The translations under genes were made by a program, and so were the position numbers. The notes below the pieces were generated by a model. That model worked only from the letters and a program-made list of their open reading frames with translations. It was not told where the DNA came from and did not search any database. Below, in pieces: positions 9,653-22,547 of a stretch of 64,000 bases of DNA. The stretch is from the NCBI GenBank assembly GCA_963786615.1, contig CAWAZT010000014.1, forward strand, positions 438,344-502,343. Direction: 5' to 3'. Position 1 is the first letter of the stretch, and every line of letters starts with the position of its first letter. The stretch comes from an uncultured Acidobacteriota bacterium. GTDB taxonomy: Bacteria; Acidobacteriota; Vicinamibacteria; Vicinamibacterales; 2-12-FULL-66-21.

Positions 9653-10994
9653 TTATTTACCAATACAGAATCGCTGAAAAATGACCTGCAGCACTTCCTC
9701 CGGAGCCCGCGTGCCGGTGATCTCATCGAAGCACCGACGCGCCTCGTGCAATTCCGCAAGGAGCAGCTCCTCGGGCTCCCCAGCGGCCGCGTCCGTCCGG
9801 GCCCTCGAGACCGCTGCGCGCGCGCGCTCAATCAACGCCGCGTGCCGCAGGTTCGCGATCCCCGGACGATCGCGCAGGACGTCGCCGCCCACCCGACCAA
9901 CCAACGAGCGACGCAGATCGTCGATCCCCTCGTCGGTGAGCGACGACACGCAGATCGCCTGGTGTGCCTCCGCGATCCACGCGGGCGCGAGATCAGCCTT
10001 GCTGGCCACAATGACCCGCGGGCGCGCACTGGTCTCGTCGAGGATCCGCTCGTCGAGTGCCGTCAGCGGCTGCGAGCGATCGATGACGACAATCAGCACG
10101 TCCGCCGCCGCGCCCGCCTGGCGCGCGCGCGCAATCGCCTTCTTCCTCGATCGCGTCGCCGGCGCCCTCTCGCAGGCCAGCCGTGTCGATCAGCGTCACG
10201 GGAACGCCGTCAATGGCGACACGTTCGGTGATCAGATCGCGCGTGGTACCAGGCACGTCGGTGACAATCGCGCGCGCGGCGCCGGCGAGCCGGTTGAAGA
10301 GGCTCGACTTGCCGGCGTTCGGTCGTCCGACGATGGCCGCGCTCAACCCGTCGCGAATCATCCGGCCGCGCGCCGCGTCTGCGAGCAACACGTCGAGCTC
10401 CGCGACCATGCCGTCGATCGCACCGCGCGGCGGCCTCGGGCGCGATGAAGTGGTACCCCTCCTCGGGGAAATCGAGGGACGCCTCCAACGGCGCGATCAG
10501 ATCGAGCAGCTGCGTATCGAGCGCCTTCAGCCGCGTCGTCAACGTCCCTTCGAGCTGATCGAAGGCCACGCGCGCCTGCAGCGGCGTCACCGCGTCAATC
10601 AGGTCCGCGACCGCTTCGGCCTGCACGAGATCGATCCGTCCGTTCAAGTACGCGCGAAACGTGAACTCGCCCGGGTTGGCCAGCCGCGCGCCGGCATGAA
10701 CCGCGGCGCGGACGATCGATTCGAGAATCACGGGACTGCCGTGCGCCGAAATTTCGACGACATCATCGCCGGTGTAGGAGTGCGGAGCCGGAAAGTACGT
10801 CGCGACGACCCGATCGATCGTCGTCTCGTCGATGACGACGTGGGTGAGCGTCGCGCGACGCGGCTCGAGCGTGGAACGTGACGTGAGAGCGCTGCCGATC
10901 GAGGCTGCCGACACCCCGCTCACGCGGACGACACCGATCCCCCGCGCCCCGGCGGCGTCGCGATCGCCACGATGGTGTCGTCGGTGGAGAACAT
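9653..10994 (-). CDS. mnmE: tRNA modification GTPase MnmE (TrmE), interrupted by ~3 frameshifts
   Basis: Pieces in three frames: [19 protein letters not shown] (10994..10920), N-domain ...[22 protein letters not shown] (10210..10923), G-domain [12 protein letters not shown]...DTAGLRE (9993..10409), C-terminus ending ...FCIGK (9653..10099). Confidence 0.8.
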
Positions 10995-11083
10995 CGGTTT
11001 GCCTTTCCAGAGAGAACGGAGTCTTCCTGACGCCTCCGAGGACCTCCGTGACCTCGATCCGCCCTGCCGCGGGATCCGCGGCC

Positions 11084-11533
11084 CTACCGGCGGGTCGAAA
11101 TAATCACGGTCTTCAGATAGGCGTCGCCGATGCTCTCGGAGCTCATCTCGGGATCCTCCGCCACGGTGAGGTGGACGAGGCGTCGCGCGTAGGGGTTCAG
11201 CGGCCCCATTTCCTGCGGCGTGCCCGTCGTGCGCGCCTTCTCCATGATGAAGCGCGCCATCTGCCGCAGCTCCGCATCCTTCGCCTTGCGGTAATCCATG
11301 CAATCCACGACGAAGCTGCGATCGTCGTCGAGCTCGCGGCGGAATCCCGTGTTGACGATCTGCTGCAGGGCATCGAGCGCTTCGCCCTTCCGACGAAGCA
11401 GGACTTCGCCGCCTTCGCCCGACAACTCGATCCGAATCCCGTCCGGCAGATCGTTGACGTCCACGTCCAGGGACAGCCCCATCGCGGTCAGGACGTCCTT
11501 CATGAATCCGGCAACCTTCTGCTGCACGTCCAT
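11084..11533 (-). CDS. jag: Jag (SpoIIIJ-associated) KH/R3H RNA-binding protein
   Basis: 149-aa intact ORF; start ATG abuts the yidC stop (TAGATG). Confidence 0.75.
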   Translation of the reverse strand: MDVQQKVAGFMKDVLTAMGLSLDVDVNDLPDGIRIELSGEGGEVLLRRKGEALDALQQIVNTGFRRELDDDRSFVVDCMDYRKAKDAELRQMARFIMEKARTTGTPQEMGPLNPYARRLVHLTVAEDPEMSSESIGDAYLKTVIISTRR

Positions 11534-13244
11534 CTAGTCGCGCTCCTTCGCCTGATCGCTCTTGCCGCTGCCCGCTCGCTTCACGCGCCGCTCGGCGGCC
11601 GGCCGCACGGTCCGCTGCGGTGACGGGCCAATCAGCCGATTCGTGATCATCTGCTGCCCGATGCCCCAGACGTTGCTGACGGTCCAGTAGAGCAGCAAGC
11701 CCGCTCGACCACCAGAGCGACATCCCGGTCAGCACGACCGGCATCACCATCATCATGCGCTGCTGCGTAGGATCCGCGGTCGACGGCGTCATCCGCTGCT
11801 GCAGGAACATCGTCGCGCCCATGAGGATCGGCAGCACGTAATACGGATCGGGCGCGACGAGGTCGTGAATCCAGAGAATGAACGGCGCGCCGCGCAGCTC
11901 GATGGCGACCGCAGCAGCGAGTAGAACGCGAAGAGCACGGGGAGCGTCAACACCATCGGGATACAGCCGCTGGCCGGATTGACGCCGCGCTCCCGATAGA
12001 GATTCATCATCTCGACGTTCATCTTCGAACGCGCCGGATCGTTCATCTTCAGCTTGGCGTAGCGATCCTGGATCGCTTTCACCTCCGGCTGAATCTCCTG
12101 CATCTTCCGCATCGACACGACGCTCTTGTGCCGCAGCGGGAACATCGCAAGGTTGAGCAGAATCGTCAGGATGATGAGCGACCAGCCGTAGTTGCCGACG
12201 TAGCTGTTGACCCACTTCAGCGCGCGGAGCAGGGGCACGACGAGCCACGAGAATTTGCCGAAATCGATCGCGCGCACGAGATCGCGATCGACGACTGCCA
12301 GGACGTCGAAGTCCTTCGGTCCGAAAAAGAACGTGGCGGTCAGCGGCCCCGGGCCGAACCGGGCGGACCATGAAGCGAAATGCGCTCCGTCGGGAAGGCC
12401 TTCCACCGGCATGTCAACCGGGTGGTACTCGACGCGCAACGGCTGCACGGGCTCGACGATGGCCGCGAGAAAGTAGTGATCGTCGACGCCGGCAAACCCG
12501 AACGTGCCCTCGTGCACGGCCTGCTGCGGGACCTTGGCCGGCGCAATGCGGGTGACCGAGCCGTCCTTGAAGAAGATCGGCTGCGGGGGCGGGTTGTAGC
12601 CGCGGGAGTGCTGCACGATGCCGTTGCCGAGCGCGGGTCCCCACTCAATGACGATCGGCAGCGGCTGGCCGGCCTGCGTCACGGTCGCGCTCAGGGCGAT
12701 CACGTAGGGCTTGTCCGGCGTAAAGGTGAATGTCTTCTTCGCGGCCAGACCCGAGGGATCGGTGTAGTCGAACGTCAGCGTCTGCGGGCCGCCCTGGACG
12801 TTCACGCTGGTGGCGCTGCTCGTGAAATTCGCTGCCGCAAGGCGAGCGGTGACCGTCGGATCGTCGGTCGCCAGCGTGAAGGGCTTTGGCGCGTCCGGCG
12901 GCACGTGCTGCCGGCACCAGCTCCAACGGTTGCCCGGCAGCGTCCTGGTACCGCTTCAGGCGCCAGCTTTTCAGCACGCCCCCGCGCGTCGTGAAGATCG
13001 CGCGGACGTCCGAGGCCTCGACGGTGACGTCGCGTGCGGGACCGCCGACCTCCACGGTTCCGGCCACGGCCTCGGCCTGCGGGGCCGCGCTCGGGGTCAC
13101 GGCTGCCTGACCCGAAGCGGCTGGCTGTTGCGCCGCAGCGCCGGCCTTCGCCCGGGGCGGCTCCGGTGGCGGCGGAAAGAGCAGCTGGTAACCGAACAGC
13201 ACCAGAAACGACAGGAGGACAGCGATCAGTACGCGACGTTCCAT
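11534..13244 (-). CDS. yidC: Membrane protein insertase YidC, interrupted by >=3 frameshifts
   Basis: N-terminal [22 protein letters not shown] plus periplasmic domain (12645..13244); middle ...[17 protein letters not shown]...[16 protein letters not shown] (11789..12904); C-terminus [30 protein letters not shown]...[20 protein letters not shown] then (after a 1-nt correction near 11700) [19 protein letters not shown]..., ending TAG at ~11534. Confidence 0.8.
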
Positions 13245-13478
13245 CTACGAGCCTCGAACGGGGGGAACCGGATCGAGACCCGGTGTGGCGAGAGGGTGGC
13301 ACCGGGCCAAGCGGCGCATCGCCAGCCACGTGCCTCGACGAACCCCGTGAAGCGCAATGGCCTCGCGCGCGTAGACCGAGCATGACGGGACGAACCGGCA
13401 GGCGCCCCCCAGGAAGGGCGAAAGGACCAGCTGGTACGCGCGAATCAGCGCGAGCGCGATGTGAGCGCCTACTGTCAT
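13245..13478 (-). CDS. yidD: Membrane protein insertion efficiency factor YidD
   Basis: 77-aa ORF with [11 protein letters not shown]...RCHP...GLDPVP. Confidence 0.8.
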   Translation of the reverse strand: MTVGAHIALALIRAYQLVLSPFLGGACRFVPSCSVYAREAIALHGVRRGTWLAMRRLARCHPLATPGLDPVPPVRGS

Positions 13479-13828
13479 TATTTTGACAACTCTTGGCAGC
13501 GCCTTAACGTCACGCGAAAGTCCCGCTCGAGGGCCTCGAACGGGGCGACCAGCAACGGCGCCTTGGGAATCACCACCACATCCAGCGGACGTTCGACCGG
13601 GGTTGTGGTTCGGAACACTTCTCGAATCAACCGCTTAGCGCGATTTCGCGCGACCGCGCCGCCAAGTTTCTTCGACGCCACGATGCCGAGACGCGCGCAC
13701 GGTCCACCATCAGGAGCCGCGATGATCGTGAGAAAGCGCCCGTGGGTCCTGCGCCCCTTGTCGAAGACGCGCTGGAACTCGACCCTGCGACGGAGTCGCC
13801 GTGCCGGCGGCAGAGCGTTGGACGACAT
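13478..13828 (-). CDS. rnpA: Ribonuclease P protein component
   Basis: 116-aa basic ORF ([18 protein letters not shown]...) between rpmH and yidD, the canonical position. Confidence 0.8.
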   Translation of the reverse strand: MSSNALPPARRLRRRVEFQRVFDKGRRTHGRFLTIIAAPDGGPCARLGIVASKKLGGAVARNRAKRLIREVFRTTTPVERPLDVVVIPKAPLLVAPFEALERDFRVTLRRCQELSK

Positions 13829-13863
13829 GTCGGGGTGCTGATCGGACCCCCGCTGGCGCGGGC

Positions 13864-14010
13864 GTTACCGTGAAGCGGTGACCGTCAGGCGCTTGCGGCC
13901 CTTCGCGCGACGCCGCTTCAGCACCAGCCGACCGTTCTTGGTGCTCATTCTGACCAGGAAGCCGTGCGTGCGCTTCCGGCTGCGCCGATTCGGCTGATAA
14001 GTGCGCTTCA
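13864..14010 (-). CDS. rpmH: 50S ribosomal protein L34
   Basis: Not in the ORF track (too short). Manual translation of the minus strand gives [48 protein letters not shown] (48 aa), canonical L34. Confidence 0.85.
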
Positions 14011-14202
14011 TGATGGATTCAACCCTGCTGCGGTTTTCAAACGAAAAGAGAAACCCAAATAGTAGCGAACGGCCGAGCGCGCTGTCAATGCGACGCCCGA
14101 AAAACCGCGGTGTTTGTCACGCTCGGGAGCCTATGCTACAGTCCGTTCCCCGCTGCCGCGCGGTGCCCATTCGGCCGCGGTCCGTAGGGTCAGCCCCCGA
14201 AG

Positions 14203-14233
14203 TTTTCCACACCTGTGGAAAAAATTGTGGAAA
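14203..14233. promoter_or_regulatory. Cluster of three DnaA boxes in the dnaA promoter region
   Basis: ttTTCCACAcCTGTGGAAAAaatTGTGGAAAAg: TTTTCCACA and two TGTGGAAAA, all matching TTWTNCACA. Confidence 0.5.
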
Positions 14234-14348
14234 AGCAGGGGCGAAGGTCGGAAAGACCCTGTAAGTAGTTTGCGAAAGTCGCAGCTCGACCGCCGGGAAC
14301 CCGCAGGAACGGGCTCCTCTGTGGGGCGAAAGGTCCCGGAACGCCATC

Positions 14349-15682
14349 ATGATCGGCAGCAATCTCTGGGATCAGGTTCTTTCCCGCATCGAGGCGAAAG
14401 TCAACCGTCACAGCTTCTACACCTGGTTCAAGCCCACCTCGTTCGTCGAGGAGCGCGATGGGCGTGTGCAGGTGCGCGTGCCGAACACGCTCTTCCGGGA
14501 CTGGCTGACGAAGCACTATTCCGCGGTGATCGACGAAGCCTTCACCGAGCTCGATCGGCCGGGCACGGCCATCGTGTTCGTGACCGATGAAGTCATGCCG
14601 CCCCGCGCTCCCGCACGCCGAGCTCGTCGCCGAACACGTGCAGCCCGAACCACGCCGTCACCGACGAGGGTGCGCTCAGCGCCCGTTTCTCCTTCGACAC
14701 CTTCATCGTCGGACCGTCGAACCAGTTCGCACATGCCGCGTGCCGTGCGGTTGCGGAAGCGCCGTCGCGCTCCTACAACCCGCTGTTCATCTACGGCGGT
14801 GTGGGGCTCGGGAAGACGCATCTGATGCACGCGATTGGCCACTACGTGGTCCATCATCTGAAGAACTTCAAGCTCACCTACATCTCGTCCGAGCGGTTCA
14901 TGAACGAGATGATCAACGCGGTGCGCTACGACCGCATCCTCGACTTCCGCGAGCGCTATCGCAGCGTCGACGTGCTGCTGGTCGACGATATCCAGTTTCT
15001 CGCGGGTAAGGAAGGCACGCAGAACGAGTTCTTCCACACCTTCAACGCGCTGTACGATTCGCAGAAGCAGATCGTGATCAGCAGCGATTGCCCGCCGCAC
15101 GAGATTCCGCAGCTGGAAGAGCGGCTCCGTTCGCGCTTCGAGTGGGGATTGATCGCGGACATCCAGCCGCCTGATCTCGAGACCAAGACCGCGATTCTCA
15201 AGAAAAAAGCGGAAACCGAGGGTGTTCCGCTGCCCGACAACGTGGCGATCTACATCGCCGGCAAGATCAAATCGAACATCCGGGAGCTCGAGGGATCGCT
15301 CATCCGCCTGGTCGCGTACGCCTCGCTGACCGGGCGGGAGATCTCGCTGCCGCTCGCGCAGGACGTGCTGCGAAACGTTCTCCAGAACGACGAGCGCGCG
15401 ATCACGATCGAAATCGTGCAGAAGGCCGTGGCGGATCACTATTCGCTCAAGCTCAACGATCTGAAATCGAAGAACAACTCGAAATCAGTGGCCATGCCGC
15501 GCCAGATTGCGATGTACTTGTGCAAGGCGCTGACGAACGCGTCCCTGCCCGAGATCGGCAAGAGCTTCGGCGGCAAGCACCACTCGACCGTGATTCACTC
15601 GATCCGGAAGATCGAAGATCTCCGGCAGAAGAACGGGGATTTCAACACGCTTATCAACAGCCTGATGCAGTCGTTCCGCTGA
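14349..15682 (+). CDS. dnaA: Chromosomal replication initiator DnaA (one frameshift in the domain II linker, ~14600-14650)
   Basis: N-terminus [30 protein letters not shown] (14349 frame); AAA+ and domain IV ...[21 protein letters not shown]...[37 protein letters not shown] (14801 frame, open upstream to ~14640). Confidence 0.85.
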
Positions 15683-15927
15683 GGGGAATCGCTCGGCTTT
15701 TGCACACCGCCGTTACCGTTCAGCCTGTGGACAATCTGTTGCGGCGCGGCGGGTCGAAAACCTCAACAGGATCTGGCCGGAAAACCCTCCGTAAAACCGA
15801 AAAGAAGTGCACAGGGTAACCTACAGATTTTCAAGGACTAACGAGCGTCTATTCGCTTTTCAACAGCACCTAGATCTTGTTATAATTATTTGTTGCTAGT
15901 CTTCTCTCGTAAATTACTGAGATCACA
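15683..15927. promoter_or_regulatory. dnaA-dnaN intergenic region: AT-rich stretch (candidate DUE / dnaN promoter) with a DnaA-box-like TGTGGACAA
   Basis: cctgtggacaatc plus the very AT-rich ttgttataattatttgttgctagtcttctctcgtaaattactgag in a 68% GC genome; contains a TATAAT. Confidence 0.4.
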
Positions 15928-17049
15928 ATGATGGAACTGGTCGTCCGAAAGACCGATCTGCTGCGTGAGTTACAGCTCTTCCAGGGGATCGTCGAGCGGA
16001 AGAACACGATTCCGATCCTCGCCAACGTGCTCCTCGAAGCCAATGGCGAGCAGGTGAAGATGCTGGCAACCGATCTCGAGGTCGGGCTGCGCAGTACGTT
16101 CACGGCCTCGGTGTCGAAGGGGGGAGCGCTGACCCTTCCCGCGAAGAAGCTCTACGAAATCATCAAGGCGCTTCCCGAGACCGACGTGCGGATCGAGGAA
16201 GACAAGGGGGGCGTCAAGGTCGCCGCGGATCGCTTCGACTCGCGCATGCAGACGTTGCCGCGGGAGGATTTCCCATCGCTCCCGGAGGGCACTGGCAGCT
16301 ACACGGCCACGCTGCCCCGCGACGTGCTGCGCCAGATGGTCTCGAAGACGCAGTTCGCCATCACCGGCGAAGACACCCGATACTTCCTCAACGGCGCGCT
16401 CTTCATCCTGCGGCCGGACTCGATGGGCCTGGTGTCGACCGACGGCCATCGGCTCGCGCTCATCACGGTGCCGCGCGACAAGAGCAAGAACCGCCTGAAG
16501 TCCGACGACGAGGTGCGGGTGATCCTGCCGCGGAAGACACTGCTGGAGCTCGGTCGCCTGTTGACAGAGGGGGACGGCGAGATTCAGTACGAGCGAGGCG
16601 AGAACCATCTGTTCTTCGATATCGGCGGGCGTCTGCTGATCTCGCGCATGATCGACGGGCAGTTCCCGGCGTTCGAGCGCGTCATTCCGAAAAGCAACGA
16701 CAAGCGGGTGGAGTTCGATCGCGATCGTCTGACGAGCGCGGTCAAGCGTGTGGCGCTCCTGTCGAACGAGCGCTCGCGGGCGGTGAAGTTTCAGATCGAC
16801 AAGGGCAAGGTCGAGATTGCCTCGAGCAGCCCGGAATTCGGCGAGGCGAAGGAAGTCCTCATGGTGGACTACGCCGCAGCCCCGGTGACAATCTGCTTCA
16901 ACGCGCAATACGTGCTCGATTTCCTCGGCGTGGTCGAGACCGATACGGTCTCGCTCGAGTTCAAGGACGAGATGAGCCAGGCCGTGCTCCGTCCGGTGGG
17001 CGCCGAAGGATACGAGTACACCTACGTCATCATGCCGATGAGAATCTGA
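15928..17049 (+). CDS. dnaN: DNA polymerase III subunit beta (sliding clamp)
   Basis: 373-aa intact ORF directly downstream of dnaA with typical beta-clamp length and start (MMELVVRKTDLLRELQLFQGIVERKNTIPILANVLLEA). Confidence 0.9.
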   Translation: MMELVVRKTDLLRELQLFQGIVERKNTIPILANVLLEANGEQVKMLATDLEVGLRSTFTASVSKGGALTLPAKKLYEIIKALPETDVRIEEDKGGVKVAADRFDSRMQTLPREDFPSLPEGTGSYTATLPRDVLRQMVSKTQFAITGEDTRYFLNGALFILRPDSMGLVSTDGHRLALITVPRDKSKNRLKSDDEVRVILPRKTLLELGRLLTEGDGEIQYERGENHLFFDIGGRLLISRMIDGQFPAFERVIPKSNDKRVEFDRDRLTSAVKRVALLSNERSRAVKFQIDKGKVEIASSSPEFGEAKEVLMVDYAAAPVTICFNAQYVLDFLGVVETDTVSLEFKDEMSQAVLRPVGAEGYEYTYVIMPMRI

Positions 17050-17153
17050 AGAATCTTGTGATTTGGTGATTTCGTGGTGATTCGTCATTGACAAATCACT
17101 CGATTACCGAATTACCGTACCAAATTACTGAATTACCAAATTCAACGACCTGA
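17050..17153. repeat. AT-rich dnaN-gyrB spacer with GGTGATT x3 and AATTACC x4 direct repeats plus TTGACA
   Basis: tgatttGGTGATTtcgtGGTGATTcgtcaTTGACAaatcactcgATTACCgAATTACCgtaccaAATTACtgAATTACCaaatt. Confidence 0.35.
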
Positions 17154-19802
<2,649 letters not shown>

Positions 19803-19804
19803 AC

Positions 19805-20065
19805 GGTGTCAGCTGAAGGTGCTGGCTGAAGGTGCTAGAGGAAGTGCTAAAGGTGACTAACGGTGCTAGGGGTGCTGGTGCGAAGGGTGCTGAAGGTGCT
19901 CAAGGTGCTAAGGTGCCGATAGTGGGGCAGCTTGCGGCCGAGCACTCGGAGCACTCGGAGCACCCTTAGCACCTCCAGCACCAGCACCTTTAGCACCCTA
20001 GCACCCTCAGCACCAGCACCTTTAGCACCATTAGCCACCCTTAGCACCTTTAGCACCTCGCGATC
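19805..20065. repeat. ~260-bp imperfect palindrome built from tandem 9-mers: ~10 copies of T(A/G)AAGGTGC(T) in the left arm and ~12 copies of AGCACCTTT in the right arm; fills the whole gyrB-gyrA spacer
   Basis: Seen directly: tgaaggtgc tggctgaaggtgc tagaggaagtgc taaaggtgac taacggtgc taggggtgc ...tgaaggtgc tcaaggtgc taaggtgcc | centre | agcactcgg agcactcgg agcaccctt agcacctcc agcacc agcaccttt agcacccta gcaccctc agcacc agcaccttt agcaccatt agccaccctt agcaccttt agcacctcg. Confidence 0.8.
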
Positions 20066-20068
20066 ACT

Positions 20069-22547
20069 ATGTCCGACATCGCAGCCTCCAAAATTCCCGT
20101 CAACATCGAAGACGAGATGAAGCGCTCGTACATGGATTACGCGATGAGCGTAATTATCGGGCGAGCGCTGCCTGACGTCCGCGATGGGCTCAAGCCGGCG
20201 CATCGTCGCGTGCTCTACGGCATGCGGACCATGGGCCTCGCGTCGAACCGTGCGTATCGCAAGTGCGCGAAGATCGTCGGCGAGGTGATGGGGAACTACC
20301 ATCCCCACGGCGACGCGTCGATCTACGACACGCTCGTGCGCCTCGCGCAGGACTTCAACATGCGCTATCCCCTGGTGGACGGCCAGGGGAACTTCGGTTC
20401 GATCGACGGCGATCCGCCGGCGGCCATGCGATACACGGAGGCGCGTCCGGAAGCCATCGCCGAAGCGATGATGACGGACCTCGACAAGGAGACCGTCGAC
20501 TTCGTCCCCAACTACGACGAGAGCACCGAAGAGCCGACCGTCCTTCCCACGAGCTTTCCCAACCTGCTCGTGAACGGATCGGCAGGTATCGCGGTCGGCA
20601 TGGCGACGAATGTGCCCCCGCACAACCTGCGCGAAGTGATCGACGCCGTCATTGCCACCGTCGAGCTGCGCGGCCAGTCGCGTGACGCCCGTCTGAAGGC
20701 CGTCCTCATGGCGGTGCCTGGGCCGGACTTCCCATCGGGAGGATTCATCGTGGGCCGGCAGGGGATCTTCCAGGCCTACACCACGGGTCGCGGCGCCATC
20801 ACGCTGCGCGCTCGGGCGGCCGTGGAGGAGAGCAAGAAGGGCGACAAGCAGTCGATCGTCATCACGGAGATTCCGTATCAGATCAACAAGGCGCGCCTGA
20901 TCGAGAAGATCGCCGAGCTCGCGCGCGAGAAAACGATCGAAGGCATCGCGGACCTGCGCGACGAGTCCGATCGCGACGGCATGCGGATCGTCATCGAGCT
21001 CCGCCGCGGCGAACTCCCCGACGTCGTTCTGAACAATCTGTACAAGCACACGCCTCTGCAGACGACGTTCGGGATCATCATGCTGGCGATCGCCGGCGGG
21101 CGCCCGAAGGTGCTCGGCCTGCTCGAGGTGATCGAGAATTTCGTCGATTTTCGACGTGAGGTCGTCCGGCGCCGGACCGAGTTCGAGCTGCGGAAGGCGG
21201 AGGCCCGCGCCCACATTCTGGAAGGTCTCAAGATCGCGCTCGACCACCTGGACGAGGTCATCAAGCTGATTCGCGCGTCGAAGAGCCCCGCCGAAGCGCG
21301 TGACGGGCTGATGACCCAGTTCAAACTGACGCAGGTCCAGTCGCAGGCCATCCTGGACATGCAGCTCCAGCGGCTGACGGGCCTCGAGCGCCAGAAGATC
21401 CTCGACGAGCTCCTCGAGCTGATGAAGACCATCGAGCGCCTCCGCGCGATTCTCTCCAGCGAAGACCTCCTGATGCAGGTGGTGCTCGGCGAGCTGAAGG
21501 CCGTGCGCGAGAAGTTCGGCGACGAGCGCCGGACCGAGATCATCGACGAGAGCGGCGAGTTCCGCATCGAGGACTTGATCGCCGACGAGGACATGGCGAT
21601 CACGGTCACGAACACTGGTTACATCAAGCGGACGCCGATCTCGACGTACCGGGCCCAGCGCCGCGGCGGCAAGGGCCGCATCGGCATGCGGACACGCGAA
21701 GAGGACTACGTCAGCCACCTGTTCGTCGCGTCGACGCACGCCTACATCATGATCTTCACCGACCGTGGCCGGGGCTATTGGCTCAAGGTCCACGAAGTTC
21801 CCGACGTGGGTCCAGGCGGGAAGGGCAAGGCGATCGCAAACCTCGTCCAACTCGAGGAAGGGGAGCGCATTGCCGCGCTCCTGGCGGTCAAGGAATTTCC
21901 GTCCGAGGAAGACCAGCAGTACGTCGTGATGGGCTCGCGGCGAGGGCGTCATCAAGAAGACCGATCTCTCAGCCTTCAGGAATCCGCGCGCGGGCGGCAT
22001 CATCGCGATGGGCGTCGAAGAGGGGGATGCCGTGATTGCCGTCGAGCTCTCCGACGGCAAGGAGCAGATCTTCCTCGGCACGCGCGACGGCATGGCCATC
22101 CGGTTCGACGAGACCGACGTCAGGCCCATGGGCCGGAGCGCCTATGGCGTCCGCGGCATCAGCCTGCGCGACGACGACGAGGTCGTGGCGATGGACGTGG
22201 TGCGCGAGGGCGGCACGCTGCTGACCGTCGCGCAGAACGGCTACGGCAAGCGGACCGGGCTGGAAGAGTATCGTCTCCAGTCGCGCGGCGGCGTCGGCAT
22301 CATCAACATCCAGACCACCGATCGCAATGGAAAGGTCGTCGGCATCGCCTACGTCCACGACGACGATCAGCTGATGCTGATCAGCCAGCAGGGAATGATC
22401 CTGCGGATGAAGGCCGGCGGCATCCGGACGATCGGGCGCGCGACGCAGGGCGTCCGCCTGATCGAGATGGAGGAAGGCGACATGGTCGTCTCGGTCGCGA
22501 AGCTCGCCGAGCGCGAGGACGAGGAGACGAACGGTCAGGAACCGTAG
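20069..22547 (+). CDS. gyrA: DNA gyrase subunit A (one frameshift at ~21945, GGG run)
   Basis: Reading frame 20069..; the C-terminal beta-pinwheel continues in frame 22008..22547 (...[26 protein letters not shown]...[12 protein letters not shown]). Junction MGSRRG|[17 protein letters not shown] is restored by deleting one G at 21944-21946. Confidence 0.88.

Noticed and set aside
19805-20065. CRISPR array considered for the 9-mer repeats (and for the 7-mer and 14-mer arrays at 24871 and 25497)
   Set aside because: Units are 7-14 nt with no intervening unique spacers and no cas genes, and the two arms are reverse complements. This is a tandem or palindromic repeat, not a CRISPR
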